A DNA stretch of 38,554 bases from an uncultured Planctomycetales bacterium (GTDB lineage Bacteria > Planctomycetota > Planctomycetia > Pirellulales > Thermoguttaceae): assembly GCA_937889015.1 (NCBI GenBank), contig CALARR010000045.1, positions 1 through 38,554 on the forward strand, read 5' to 3'. Positions 19,401-27,432 of the stretch are shown piece after piece. How positions within the stretch are numbered: position 1 is the stretch's first letter; the number at the start of each line of letters is the position of its first letter. The notes beneath the pieces are model-generated. The model was not told the DNA's origin and searched no databases. It saw only the letters and a program-made list of their open reading frames with translations. The position numbers and the translations under genes are program-made.

Positions 19401-20367
19401 TGCCCCCGCTCCGCCGCGTGCCAGCCATCCGTCCGCGCAGGGCCTTGGCGGTTTCGTGGATGTGCCGTTCGGTGGGCATGAACACGAGCATGTCGCCCGG
19501 CCCCTCGGCCGCCAGTTGGTCGACGGCATCCAGCACGGCCTGGGCCGTGTCGATCTCGCCGGTGTCCTCGTCCGGCTGGACCGGCTGCCAGCGGACCTCG
19601 ACCGGCCAGGCCCGGCCCGCCACTTCCATGATCGGGGCGGGGCCGCGGCCCAGGTCAAAATGCGCGCTGAACCGCGCCGCGTCGATCGTGGCCGAGGTGA
19701 TGATCAGTTTCAGGTCGCGTCGCCGCGGCAACAGGGTCTTCAGGTACCCCAGCAGGAAGTCGATGTTCAGCGATCGCTCGTGCGCCTCGTCGATGATCAG
19801 CGTGTCGTATTGCTGGAGCCAGGAATCGCCCTGCAACTCGGCCAGCAAGATGCCGTCCGTCATCAGCTTGATGTAGGTTTGCGGGCCGAGGGCCTCGGAG
19901 AAGCGGACTTTGAAGCCCACCGCCTGGCCCAGCGGCGTCTGCAGTTCTTCGGCGATACGTGCGGCCACGGATCGGGCGGCGATCCGCCGTGGCTGCGTGT
20001 GCCCGATCAGCCCTTCGATGCCGCGCCCCAACTCCAGGCAGATCTTGGGAAGTTGCGTCGATTTGCCCGAGCCCGTCTCGCCACAGACGATCAGCACCTG
20101 ATGCTCGGCGATGGCGGCGGCAATCTCGTCGCGCCGCGCACAGACGGGCAACTGCGCGTCATAGCGGATGCAGGGCACATTCCGGCGGCGGGTCTCGTGC
20201 AAAGCCACCGAGCGTGCCACCTGATCCACCAGCCGCGCCCAGCGATCGGCGAGCCGGGAATCCTCTGCCGCCAATCGGCTCAGTCCGCGCAACTGCTCCC
20301 GGAAGCGATGGCGGTCCTGGCGCATCGCTTTGGCAATCTGTGCGGGCAGTTGCGCCGGATCGACCAT
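16471..20367 (-). CDS. hrpA: ATP-dependent RNA helicase HrpA (DEAH-box)
   Basis: Contains GETGSGKSTQLPK, DEAHERS, SATID, TNVAESSLTVPGIRYVID, and the long HrpA-specific C-terminal domain. The start is ambiguous among ATG codons at 20367, 20391 and 20586. I favour 20367 by alignment to HrpA N-termini. Confidence 0.9.
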   Translation of the reverse strand: MVDPAQLPAQIAKAMRQDRHRFREQLRGLSRLAAEDSRLADRWARLVDQVARSVALHETRRRNVPCIRYDAQLPVCARRDEIAAAIAEHQVLIVCGETGSGKSTQLPKICLELGRGIEGLIGHTQPRRIAARSVAARIAEELQTPLGQAVGFKVRFSEALGPQTYIKLMTDGILLAELQGDSWLQQYDTLIIDEAHERSLNIDFLLGYLKTLLPRRRDLKLIITSATIDAARFSAHFDLGRGPAPIMEVAGRAWPVEVRWQPVQPDEDTGEIDTAQAVLDAVDQLAAEGPGDMLVFMPTERHIHETAKALRGRMAGTRRSGGTEILPLYARLSIPEQQKVFQPHAGRRIVIATNVAESSLTVPGIRYVIDPGTARISRYAPRSKTQRLPIEPVSRASADQRKGRCGRVGSGICVRLYSEEDYLSREQYTAPEIQRTNLAAVILQAKAYRLGEIESFPFLDPPRPEAIRDGYKTLFELGAIDEEQRLTEIGRQLSRLPVDPRIGRMILAAHEENCLAEVLIIAAALEVQEPRERPLEKQQAADECHAQFRVEGSDFLGYLKLWDFYHALRAKVSRSQLRKACRQNFLSFNRMREWLDVHRELLDLARQIKLAPGPRREDSNAIHRAVLTGLLANVAQRGETHEYSSAGGGKCQLWPGSAVIEAKPKWVVCSELVETSRRYLRTVARIDPRWIEPLAPHLVHRSYSDLQWDAESGSAVAFERVTLFGLPIVARRRVAYGPIDAAAARQLLIQHGLVEGRLARKPEVIQQNEQLLQELEQLQAKLRRNDLLQGPWARYEFYDRRLPEDVYDVHRLTRWLRQDRGQNAQGLRMTRADLLVPDAPGVAAEDFPDHLALPAMQLPLEYRFEPGSADDGVTLTVPAEALAQVEPRAVGWLVPGLLEQKVLALIRALPKHLRRQFVPANDTARRVAAAIRFGEGELTQAVARELSRLAGQAIDAAAFQEERLPDDLRMNFHVVDVEGNSLASGRDLVELRRQLGSQVAARLAQVDDPLWNRQGLTTWDFDELPTAVDVRHGRVLVKAYPGLLDERTSVALRLFDSADMAEQSTRAALRRLFCQACSRDLRTQVNWLPGLPQMLVYAAAVSGLDLKQELMELLADRAMLADLPPVRTRAQYDERLALGRTRIGLGTQDLAGLMGPLWEGFHRARLAWEQASLPRWQHAADDIHAQLARLVYPSFLTATPWDWLRHYPRYLQAVAGRVERLSGNLPRDREATEELAAMWESYQQRADDHRQRGIVDGELVCYRWMLEEYRVSLFAQKLGTAIPVSRVRLERQWAKIGL

Positions 20368-20720
20368 GGGGGAAGAGGATTTACAGGCCATGTGGGGGTG
20401 GGGGGCAGTGCGATCGAACCGGTCATCGTACTTCAGGACGTAACCTATGACGAGTCCTGATCTAGGGACACGTGATTGGAGCCCGCGGATCGGACGAAAA
20501 CCGAAGACAACGGGCCACCCCAGCCCCCCCATCGAATCACAACCTGGCGAACACACGTCACCCCGCTTGCCTAGCGATGGGGGCACCCTATGTTTGCTAG
20601 GTTGTATGCTTCCGAGCCGGTCGCAGAACCGTCTGGAACATGTATCGTTCCCGATCGGTCAGGCCGGCCGCGACGTTTCCGAAGAAGCCCCTCCCTTTCA
20701 CCCAGTTGTGAGTATCCGTC

Positions 20721-23036
20721 ATGCTCTCCAGATTGTCCCTGAAAGCCAAGCTCATTGGCGGTTGTGCGCTGTTGGCCATGATTACGGCGACGGTTGGTGG
20801 TCTGGCGGTGGTGCAGCTTTCACGGATGAACACCGACAACACGCGGCTCGCCGAAGAACACGTGCCGCAATGGAACGTCGCCGGCCAGATCGAGTCGCGT
20901 CAACGGGAGGTGGGCTACTACATGGTGGCCTACAGTCTGAACCACGACGAGGCATGGCTGACCAAGGCCAAGGGGACCGTGGAATTGCTCCGGCAGTCGA
21001 TTGAGACTGCGCAGAAACTGGCGGCGGCCAATACGCGCCTGAAGGACTTGAAGGCCTCGGCAGAGCAGATCCTTGCGGCGTTCGGGAAGTATCAGACGGC
21101 GATTGGCCGGTCCGAGGAGGTCACGCGGCAGGTGGTTCAATCGCGTACGCAAATGGTGTCGAGCAGCGACGCGTTGAGAGAGGCCTTGCGCAGCTATCTG
21201 GCCAGTCAGCAGCAGGCCATGGAGCGGCAGATCGATTCGCGTCAAGACGCTTTGCAGAGCGGCGTGAGCGCCAAGGCCGCCAGTTCGGCCGAGGAACTGC
21301 ACATCCGCCAGTCACGGATCAACGAGGCGATGGAATTGCTTTCCTCGCTGGCAGACCTGGGGCAACGCATGTGGCAAGCCCAAGCGCATCGCGATCTGAC
21401 CGCCTTGGAGAAGACCTTACCGGTTCTCCAGGCGAACAACGAGCGGCTGGCGCAACTCCTCCAGGAGACCCGTCAGGAGGCGAACAAGCAACTGCTCTCC
21501 AAAGCCATTGCCGAGGCCGGCCGCAATCGGGCCGCCGTGGAAGGCCTGTTGAGCGCCCAGCGGCAGGCGGCCGACGTGGCCCAGCAGCGGCTGGAGGCCT
21601 TTCAAGAGACCCTGGGCTTGGCCGCCTCGCTGACGGAGACGGCGCGCGCCGGTACGGAGGCCGTGGCCGGCAGGACCAAGGCCCGAGCATCGCTGGCCGC
21701 GCAGATGATGATCGGCGGGACGCTCTTGGGATTTGCAGCCGCCTTGGCCATCGGCTTGGGAATGTCGCTGAGCACGACTCGCCGCCTGGCCAACATCGGC
21801 GCCACACTGAAGGCCCTGGCGGCCGGCGACTACAGCGCGCGGGCCGCAGTCACTTCGCGCGACGAATTGGCGCAAATGGCCGAGGCCTTGAATGCGGCCG
21901 TCGTGGCCACGGAACGTGCGATGCGCGAGCGTGAAGAGGCTTCGCAGCGTGAGCGACTGCTGGAGGCCCAGCGCGCCGAGGCCGAGCGGCAACGCGTGGA
22001 GGAAGACCAGCGCCGCCAGGCGGCGGACGCCGCCCGGGAACGGGAAGCCTTGGAAGCGCGCCGCCGGATCCAGGAGGAAGAGGCCGCGCGCGAGCGTGCA
22101 AGGGCCGAGGAGGATCGCCGCAACACCGAGGCCTTGCGCGGCAAGGTGGATCACGTGCTGGAAGTGGTTGCCGCCGCCGCGCAAGGGGACTTGACGTGTC
22201 GTGCCCGCCTTGAAGGCGAAGAGGCCATCGACCAACTGGCGATGGCCATCGACCAGATGCTAGAACGCCTCTCGCAGATGATCGGCCAGGTGGCCGAAAG
22301 CGCCGTGCAGTTCGCCGAAGGCTCGCGGATCATCGCCCAGAGCTCGGAGTCGCTGGCCAACGGATCGCAGACGCAGAGTTCCAGCGTGCAGCAGATGGCG
22401 GCCACGATGGCCGAACTGAGCCGCTCGCTGGAGAGCATCAAGGAAAACGCCAGCCAGGCCACGCAGGTCGCCCAGGAGACCGATCGACTGGCCGCCGAAG
22501 GGGGCGGCGCGATGCAGAAGTCCATGGAATCCATGGGGCAGATCCGCACCGGAGCACAGCAGATCGGCGAGATCATCCAGGTGATTGCCGAGATCGCGGA
22601 ACAGACGAACCTCTTGGCCCTGAACGCGGCCATCGAAGCGGCTCGGGCCGGCGAGCATGGCATGGGTTTCGCCGTCGTGGCCGACGAAGTGCGCAAGCTC
22701 GCCGAACGCTCGAACCAGGCAGCGCGCGAGATCGCCACGCTCATCAAACAGTCGACCCAGCAGGTCGAGCAGGGGGCTCAGCTCAGCGACGCCACGGCCG
22801 ATTCGCTGAAACGGATCATCCAGTCCGTGCAGGCCACCTCGGGCAAGATCACCCAGATTGCGGCAGCCACCGAACTGCAGGCCAGCCAGTCGGAGGAAGT
22901 CTCGCGCGCGATCGACTCGATTGCCCGCGTGACCGAGCAAACAGCGGCCAGCACCGAAGAGATGGCCTCCAGCAGCGAAGAGTTGGGGGCGCAGTCGGAT
23001 ACGCTGCGGAACCTGGTGGCCCAGTTCCGGGTGTGA
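20721..23036 (+). CDS. Methyl-accepting chemotaxis protein: 4HB sensor, TM, HAMP, ER/K-rich helix, MCP signalling domain
   Basis: The N-terminus has a TM helix and a helical sensor, and a second TM helix ([20 protein letters not shown]) precedes the HAMP domain. A highly charged E/R/A-rich segment follows. The C-terminus has the conserved MCP signalling motif [37 protein letters not shown]. Confidence 0.9.
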   Translation: MLSRLSLKAKLIGGCALLAMITATVGGLAVVQLSRMNTDNTRLAEEHVPQWNVAGQIESRQREVGYYMVAYSLNHDEAWLTKAKGTVELLRQSIETAQKLAAANTRLKDLKASAEQILAAFGKYQTAIGRSEEVTRQVVQSRTQMVSSSDALREALRSYLASQQQAMERQIDSRQDALQSGVSAKAASSAEELHIRQSRINEAMELLSSLADLGQRMWQAQAHRDLTALEKTLPVLQANNERLAQLLQETRQEANKQLLSKAIAEAGRNRAAVEGLLSAQRQAADVAQQRLEAFQETLGLAASLTETARAGTEAVAGRTKARASLAAQMMIGGTLLGFAAALAIGLGMSLSTTRRLANIGATLKALAAGDYSARAAVTSRDELAQMAEALNAAVVATERAMREREEASQRERLLEAQRAEAERQRVEEDQRRQAADAAREREALEARRRIQEEEAARERARAEEDRRNTEALRGKVDHVLEVVAAAAQGDLTCRARLEGEEAIDQLAMAIDQMLERLSQMIGQVAESAVQFAEGSRIIAQSSESLANGSQTQSSSVQQMAATMAELSRSLESIKENASQATQVAQETDRLAAEGGGAMQKSMESMGQIRTGAQQIGEIIQVIAEIAEQTNLLALNAAIEAARAGEHGMGFAVVADEVRKLAERSNQAAREIATLIKQSTQQVEQGAQLSDATADSLKRIIQSVQATSGKITQIAAATELQASQSEEVSRAIDSIARVTEQTAASTEEMASSSEELGAQSDTLRNLVAQFRV

Positions 23037-23105
23037 AGCTCGCCGCGCTGAACGCTGCGCGTTGCCCACGGACGCGGCGGCAACGCAGCCAAGACTGTTC
23101 CACGC

Positions 23106-24641
23106 CTATCCGCGCGCATTCCCTTGAACGATGAATCGCCGCCAGGCGTCGAGGTCTTCCTGGGACAGGCTGTTCTCGCGGACAATCTCCGTTTCCACCT
23201 GGCGGTTGGCGCCGTACACGCTGACACGGACCTTGAGTCGCCCGTTGCTCTGATACTGAAACAGCACGTCCACCGGGGTGCCGGCCGGCATGTTGGGTGG
23301 AAGGTCGGAGACGGTGCAGCGGCCCAGCGGGTTGCAGTCGTCGGCCGAGGAACTCTCCCCTTCCACGATCTGCACCAAGATCGTGTGCTGGTTGGTCTTC
23401 TGCGTGCGGAAGGTTCGCCTGGCGGTGACGGGCAGGGGCGTATTGCGCGGGACCAGGACCCCGTTGCGGCGACGCTGCGTCTGGGGATCGATTCCGACCA
23501 CGCCCAGACTGTGCGAATTGACATTCTTGATGCGGAACGTGCCGGGCAACCCTTGGCTGCGCGCCAAGAGCAGGCCGGCGTGCAGCGCCGCGCCGTGCGC
23601 CACGGCCTCGTCGGCCGCCACCGAGGCGTCGGGCGGCTTGCCGGAAAGGGCCTGCAGCATCTGGCGGACCATCGGCATGCGCGTCGCGCCGCCCACGAGC
23701 AACACGCGGTCCACGTCGGACCATTGCAGGCCGGCGGCCCGCAGGGTTTGCTGGGTGGTAAAGCGCGTACGGTCGAGCAAGTCTTGGGTGGCTTCCTCGA
23801 ACTGCTCGCGCGTAACCTCCACGCGCGACGCGCGCCCCTGATTTTCGCACGGCACTGTGGCCTTGGGACGCGACGAGAGCGTGCGCTTGGCGTCCTCGCA
23901 TTCGCGCCACAGCCTGGCTGCCGCCTGCGAATCCTGGCGTGGATCGACCTGGTGTTCCCGGATGAAGCTCTCGGCGATCAGGTCCACCAGGCGCTGGTCC
24001 CAATCGTATCCGCCCAGTTGGACATCGCCGTCGGTGGCCAAGGTCTGAAAGCGGGCTGCGCGAATCTCCATCACGGTGACGTCAAAAGTGCCTCCGCCCA
24101 GGTCGTAGACCAAGACCCGCTGCTGCTGGCCCTTGCGGGCCGGGTCGAGGAATCCCCCCTGAAAACCGAAGGCCACGGCCGCCGCCGTGGGCTCGTTGAT
24201 GATGTCCAGGACATCCAGGCCTGCCATATACCCCGCGTCCTGAGTAGCTTTGCGGCGAACCTCGTCGAAGTAGGCCGGAACGGTGATCACGGCTTTCTCC
24301 AGGGGACCGACCTGCAGCGCCGCATCCTGCCGAAGCTTGTTGAGGATGAAGGCCTCGATGACCTCGGGAGGATATTGCCGGCCCTCGATAGCCTTGTGGA
24401 AGACGCGATGGCCGACATCGCGTTTGGCACAGGTGGCCACGCGGTCCCCCTCGGTCGCGACGGCCTTGAGCGCCTCGCGCCCCACAATCAACTCCTGGCC
24501 ATCGAACAGGACCGCGCTGGGCGTGAGGCGATCCCCCTCGGCGTTGACCAAGGTCGTCGGCCGGCCGTCATCGTCCAGCCGGGCAATGACCGAGAAGGTG
24601 GTGCCCAGGTCAATTCCGACAGGGATGATCTTCGTGTTCAT
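23106..24641 (-). CDS. Hsp70-family protein (truncated DnaK paralogue: nucleotide-binding domain plus SBD-beta, no lid)
   Basis: Contains IDLGTTFSV, VYDLGGGTFDVTV and LLVGGATRMPMV. It ends after the beta-sandwich substrate-binding subdomain, at about 511 aa. Confidence 0.85.
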   Translation of the reverse strand: MNTKIIPVGIDLGTTFSVIARLDDDGRPTTLVNAEGDRLTPSAVLFDGQELIVGREALKAVATEGDRVATCAKRDVGHRVFHKAIEGRQYPPEVIEAFILNKLRQDAALQVGPLEKAVITVPAYFDEVRRKATQDAGYMAGLDVLDIINEPTAAAVAFGFQGGFLDPARKGQQQRVLVYDLGGGTFDVTVMEIRAARFQTLATDGDVQLGGYDWDQRLVDLIAESFIREHQVDPRQDSQAAARLWRECEDAKRTLSSRPKATVPCENQGRASRVEVTREQFEEATQDLLDRTRFTTQQTLRAAGLQWSDVDRVLLVGGATRMPMVRQMLQALSGKPPDASVAADEAVAHGAALHAGLLLARSQGLPGTFRIKNVNSHSLGVVGIDPQTQRRRNGVLVPRNTPLPVTARRTFRTQKTNQHTILVQIVEGESSSADDCNPLGRCTVSDLPPNMPAGTPVDVLFQYQSNGRLKVRVSVYGANRQVETEIVRENSLSQEDLDAWRRFIVQGNARG

Positions 24642-24757
24642 AGCGCGCATCGAGAAGGCTCTTGTATCGCCGATCGATCATGTCGTGAGGCCGATCTCAC
24701 GCGGCATCCAGGGAGACGAATCCGACATTCCTTTCGCAGCCGTCGATGAATCCGGAA

Positions 24758-26803
24758 TCAGAAAGGCCAGGGGAAAACCCCCGGGTTCTTCCACGCCAGA
24801 ACGGAATAGGCCAACCCCAAGCCCACCAGGGCTGACAAGAGGTAGGCCAACGCGTTCACCCAGCGATGCGCGACAGACCTCTTCGTGGCCCCCGGCGCGA
24901 ATGGCGTGCGAGCGTGGCTCGTGGACCGGGGCTTGCGATCCGGCACACCACGGTCCGGCTGCCAGGTCCGGGTCCCTTCCCGACCAGCCGCGGGAGCCGT
25001 CGCGGCGACGGGCTGGGCCGGCGGCGCGGCGGGAGCGGGCCCGAGGTTCGCCAGGGGGACACTGCTCGGCGCCTCTCTGCCGGACACCGGCCCCGCAAGC
25101 GCGGCAAAGGACCGAAAACCCTGGGGAGACGTGACGGCCTGCTTCCAGCGGACGAGACCGTCGTCGCTCACGCCCACGTCGCGTTCGATCGCCAGGACCG
25201 TTTCGCTTTGCGTGCCGGACACCACGCCCCGGACCGTGAGCCGGCCGTTGGTGGCGTATTGGAACGTGATCTCCACCGGCCAGCCTTGGGCCAGCCCCGG
25301 CGGCAGGTCGCGGATCACGGCCCGGCCGATGGGCGTACACTCCTGTGGCAAAGAACTCTCCCCTTCCAGCACCTGAATGACGATGGAACGCTGATCGGCG
25401 GAGCGGGTGGAGAAGGTCTCTTTGACCTGGGCCGGCAGGGGAGTGTTGCGCGGGATGAGCGTGACGTTGGTCTTGCGGAGCGTCTGCGCGTGGATCCCCT
25501 CGACGCCCAGACTATGCGAGTTGACGTTCACCACCTGGAAAGGACTTGGCTGGCGGCCTTGCCGGCAGAGCAGGTAGTGGGCATAGAGCGCAGCGCCACG
25601 AGCCACCGCCTCGTCGGGGTTGACGCGGTGATCGGGTACGATCTGCGACATCCGCGTCAGCATCTGAGAGACCATTGGCATGCGCGTGGAGCCGCCGACC
25701 AGCAGGATCCGCGTGACTTGCGGCCAGTCCATCTTGGCGGCGGTGAGCAGTTGCCGCACCGTGTAGGCCGTGCGTTCCAGCAGATCGGCAGTCAGTTCTT
25801 CGAACAGGGCGCGCGTGATCGGCACGGTCAAGCTGCGCTGCGCGTGGTTGATCACCACGTTCGCGGACGAGCGCGCACTGAGGGTGTGTTTGGCCTCGAC
25901 CACGGCGTTGAGCAGATGGTTCAACGCGGCGGGATCCTGGCGCGGATCGCAGCCGTGGGCCTGCTGGAAGGCCTGGGCCACGTGGTCCACCAGGCGGAGA
26001 TCCCAATCATAGCCCCCCAAGGCCACGTCGCCGTCCGTAGCCAGGGTCTGCACATGGCCCGGCGAGAGCCGCAGAAGCGTCGCGTCGAAGGTGCCGCCCC
26101 CCAGGTCATAGACCAGGACGTTCATCGAAGCCCCGACGGCCGCGTTGCAGTCGAGGTAACCCAAGGCCTCGCCGAAGGCCAGGGCCGCGGCCGTGGGCTC
26201 ATTGACGATATCCAGAACGGTGAGCCCTGCCATCTCGCCGGCATCGACGGTCGCCTTGCGCCGCAACTCGTCGAAATAGGCCGGCACCGTAATGACAATC
26301 CGCGATTGTGGACCCAAGGCCTGCACCAGGTCCGTCTTCAGCTTGCGGAGAATGCAGGCCTGAATGACCTCGGGCGGAAGATGGTTGCCGCGAATGGGAC
26401 GCGAGTAGACGGCCGCGCCCATATCGCGTTTGACCCATTGCGCCACCCGGTCGGGATAGATCGTAGCGGCGCTGCGCGCCTCCTTGCCCACGACGACCTC
26501 GGCGTCGTCGAACAACACGACGCTGGGGGTAAGGATCTCGCCCTCGGCGTTGAACACCATGGCCGTGCGCCCGCAGTCGTCCACCCAGGCGATCGCCGAA
26601 TTGGTCGTTCCCAGATCGATGCCAATGGCCTTGGAGCCGGCCCCAGAACCTGTTGGTGGCTCAGCCTGGCTGGGCCGCCCGACGTGGTTGGGATGGTCCT
26701 GGGATCGATTCTCAGCATCGAAGTTGGCCCCGGCGCCAGGAGGAGCACTTGGCTGGGGGACCTGACCGGGACGGTTCTCGGGCGGATGGTGTGGCGTCGG
26801 CAT
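24758..26803 (-). CDS. Hsp70-family protein with a Pro-rich linker and a C-terminal transmembrane anchor (paralogue of the downstream gene)
   Basis: Contains IDLGTTNSAIAWV, VYDLGGGTFDATLL and LLVGGSTRMPMV. The C-terminus is a Pro/Ala-rich region followed by a hydrophobic helix (LAYLLSALVGLGLAYSVLAW). The first ~57 codons of the ORF overlap repeat copy D, so the true start may be near 26630-26640. I found no canonical in-frame start codon there. Confidence 0.8.
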   Translation of the reverse strand: MPTPHHPPENRPGQVPQPSAPPGAGANFDAENRSQDHPNHVGRPSQAEPPTGSGAGSKAIGIDLGTTNSAIAWVDDCGRTAMVFNAEGEILTPSVVLFDDAEVVVGKEARSAATIYPDRVAQWVKRDMGAAVYSRPIRGNHLPPEVIQACILRKLKTDLVQALGPQSRIVITVPAYFDELRRKATVDAGEMAGLTVLDIVNEPTAAALAFGEALGYLDCNAAVGASMNVLVYDLGGGTFDATLLRLSPGHVQTLATDGDVALGGYDWDLRLVDHVAQAFQQAHGCDPRQDPAALNHLLNAVVEAKHTLSARSSANVVINHAQRSLTVPITRALFEELTADLLERTAYTVRQLLTAAKMDWPQVTRILLVGGSTRMPMVSQMLTRMSQIVPDHRVNPDEAVARGAALYAHYLLCRQGRQPSPFQVVNVNSHSLGVEGIHAQTLRKTNVTLIPRNTPLPAQVKETFSTRSADQRSIVIQVLEGESSLPQECTPIGRAVIRDLPPGLAQGWPVEITFQYATNGRLTVRGVVSGTQSETVLAIERDVGVSDDGLVRWKQAVTSPQGFRSFAALAGPVSGREAPSSVPLANLGPAPAAPPAQPVAATAPAAGREGTRTWQPDRGVPDRKPRSTSHARTPFAPGATKRSVAHRWVNALAYLLSALVGLGLAYSVLAWKNPGVFPWPF
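26628..26714 (+). repeat. Interspersed repeat element, copy D
   Basis: Sequence: CCTTGGAGCCGGCCCCAGAACCTGTTGGTGGCTCAGCCTGGCTGGGCCGCCCGACGTGGTTGGGATGGTCCTGGGATCGATTCTCAG. It aligns along its whole length with copy A. It sits at the 5' end of the Hsp70 ORF. Confidence 0.7.
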
Positions 26804-26931
26804 GGGTGTGGCCTCAGCGCCCGCAGAGGGCGGAACCTGATACGTCCAGCCAAGGGGGCCGCAGGGCCTCCGGTGAAGGTGCCGCGTGGTCTTTTTCTAT
26901 CGCCGACTCGGGAAGGGGCACACACGCGACG

Positions 26932-27417
26932 TCAGCTCTCCGTGGCGTAAGCCTCGGCGAACTCCAGGACCCACAAGTCGATCACGTTATGAAAGCTGGT
27001 CAGATCGGCTTCGTCCAACCGCTGATACTGGCTGCGATTGAAGAGCTCGCGGTCGCGCACGGTTCCCTTGGCCGCCACTTCCAGCAGGTTGGCTTCGGAC
27101 AGAGGCCGCACGACGATTTCCAGGCGGCTGAAAGTGCTGGCGCGCGAACGATCGCCAAGCAAGGAGATGTCATCGCGACTGGCCGAAGCCCCCCAACCGC
27201 GCTCGCCGACCACGGTCTCCAGCCGAAAACCGGGAATGTGATCGGCCATCTGCCGCAGGCAAGCCTCGATGCGTTCAGAGAGTTCCAGACGATACTCGGC
27301 GTACAGCCGCCGCAGGTCCCGTTGGCTGAGGGCCTTGAGGGCCTCGGCCTGGGCTCGGGCCGTGCTCTGATGCTTGCCGCGCTCGATCGCCTTTTCCAGC
27401 CGTTTCTCGAAGTCCAT
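26932..27417 (-). CDS. Hypothetical protein (161 aa)
   Basis: It is co-directional and tightly spaced between the Tex-like gene and the Hsp70 pair. It has a charged helical N-terminus. I recognise no family. Confidence 0.5.
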   Translation of the reverse strand: MDFEKRLEKAIERGKHQSTARAQAEALKALSQRDLRRLYAEYRLELSERIEACLRQMADHIPGFRLETVVGERGWGASASRDDISLLGDRSRASTFSRLEIVVRPLSEANLLEVAAKGTVRDRELFNRSQYQRLDEADLTSFHNVIDLWVLEFAEAYATES

Positions 27418-27432
27418 CTTGCCTGTGTTGCG

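Noticed and set aside
23124-26950. Long plus-strand ORFs (23124..24749 and 24866..26950) antisense to the two Hsp70 genes
   Set aside because: The minus-strand frames carry complete Hsp70 ATPase and SBD motifs. The plus-strand ORFs are GC-driven open frames.
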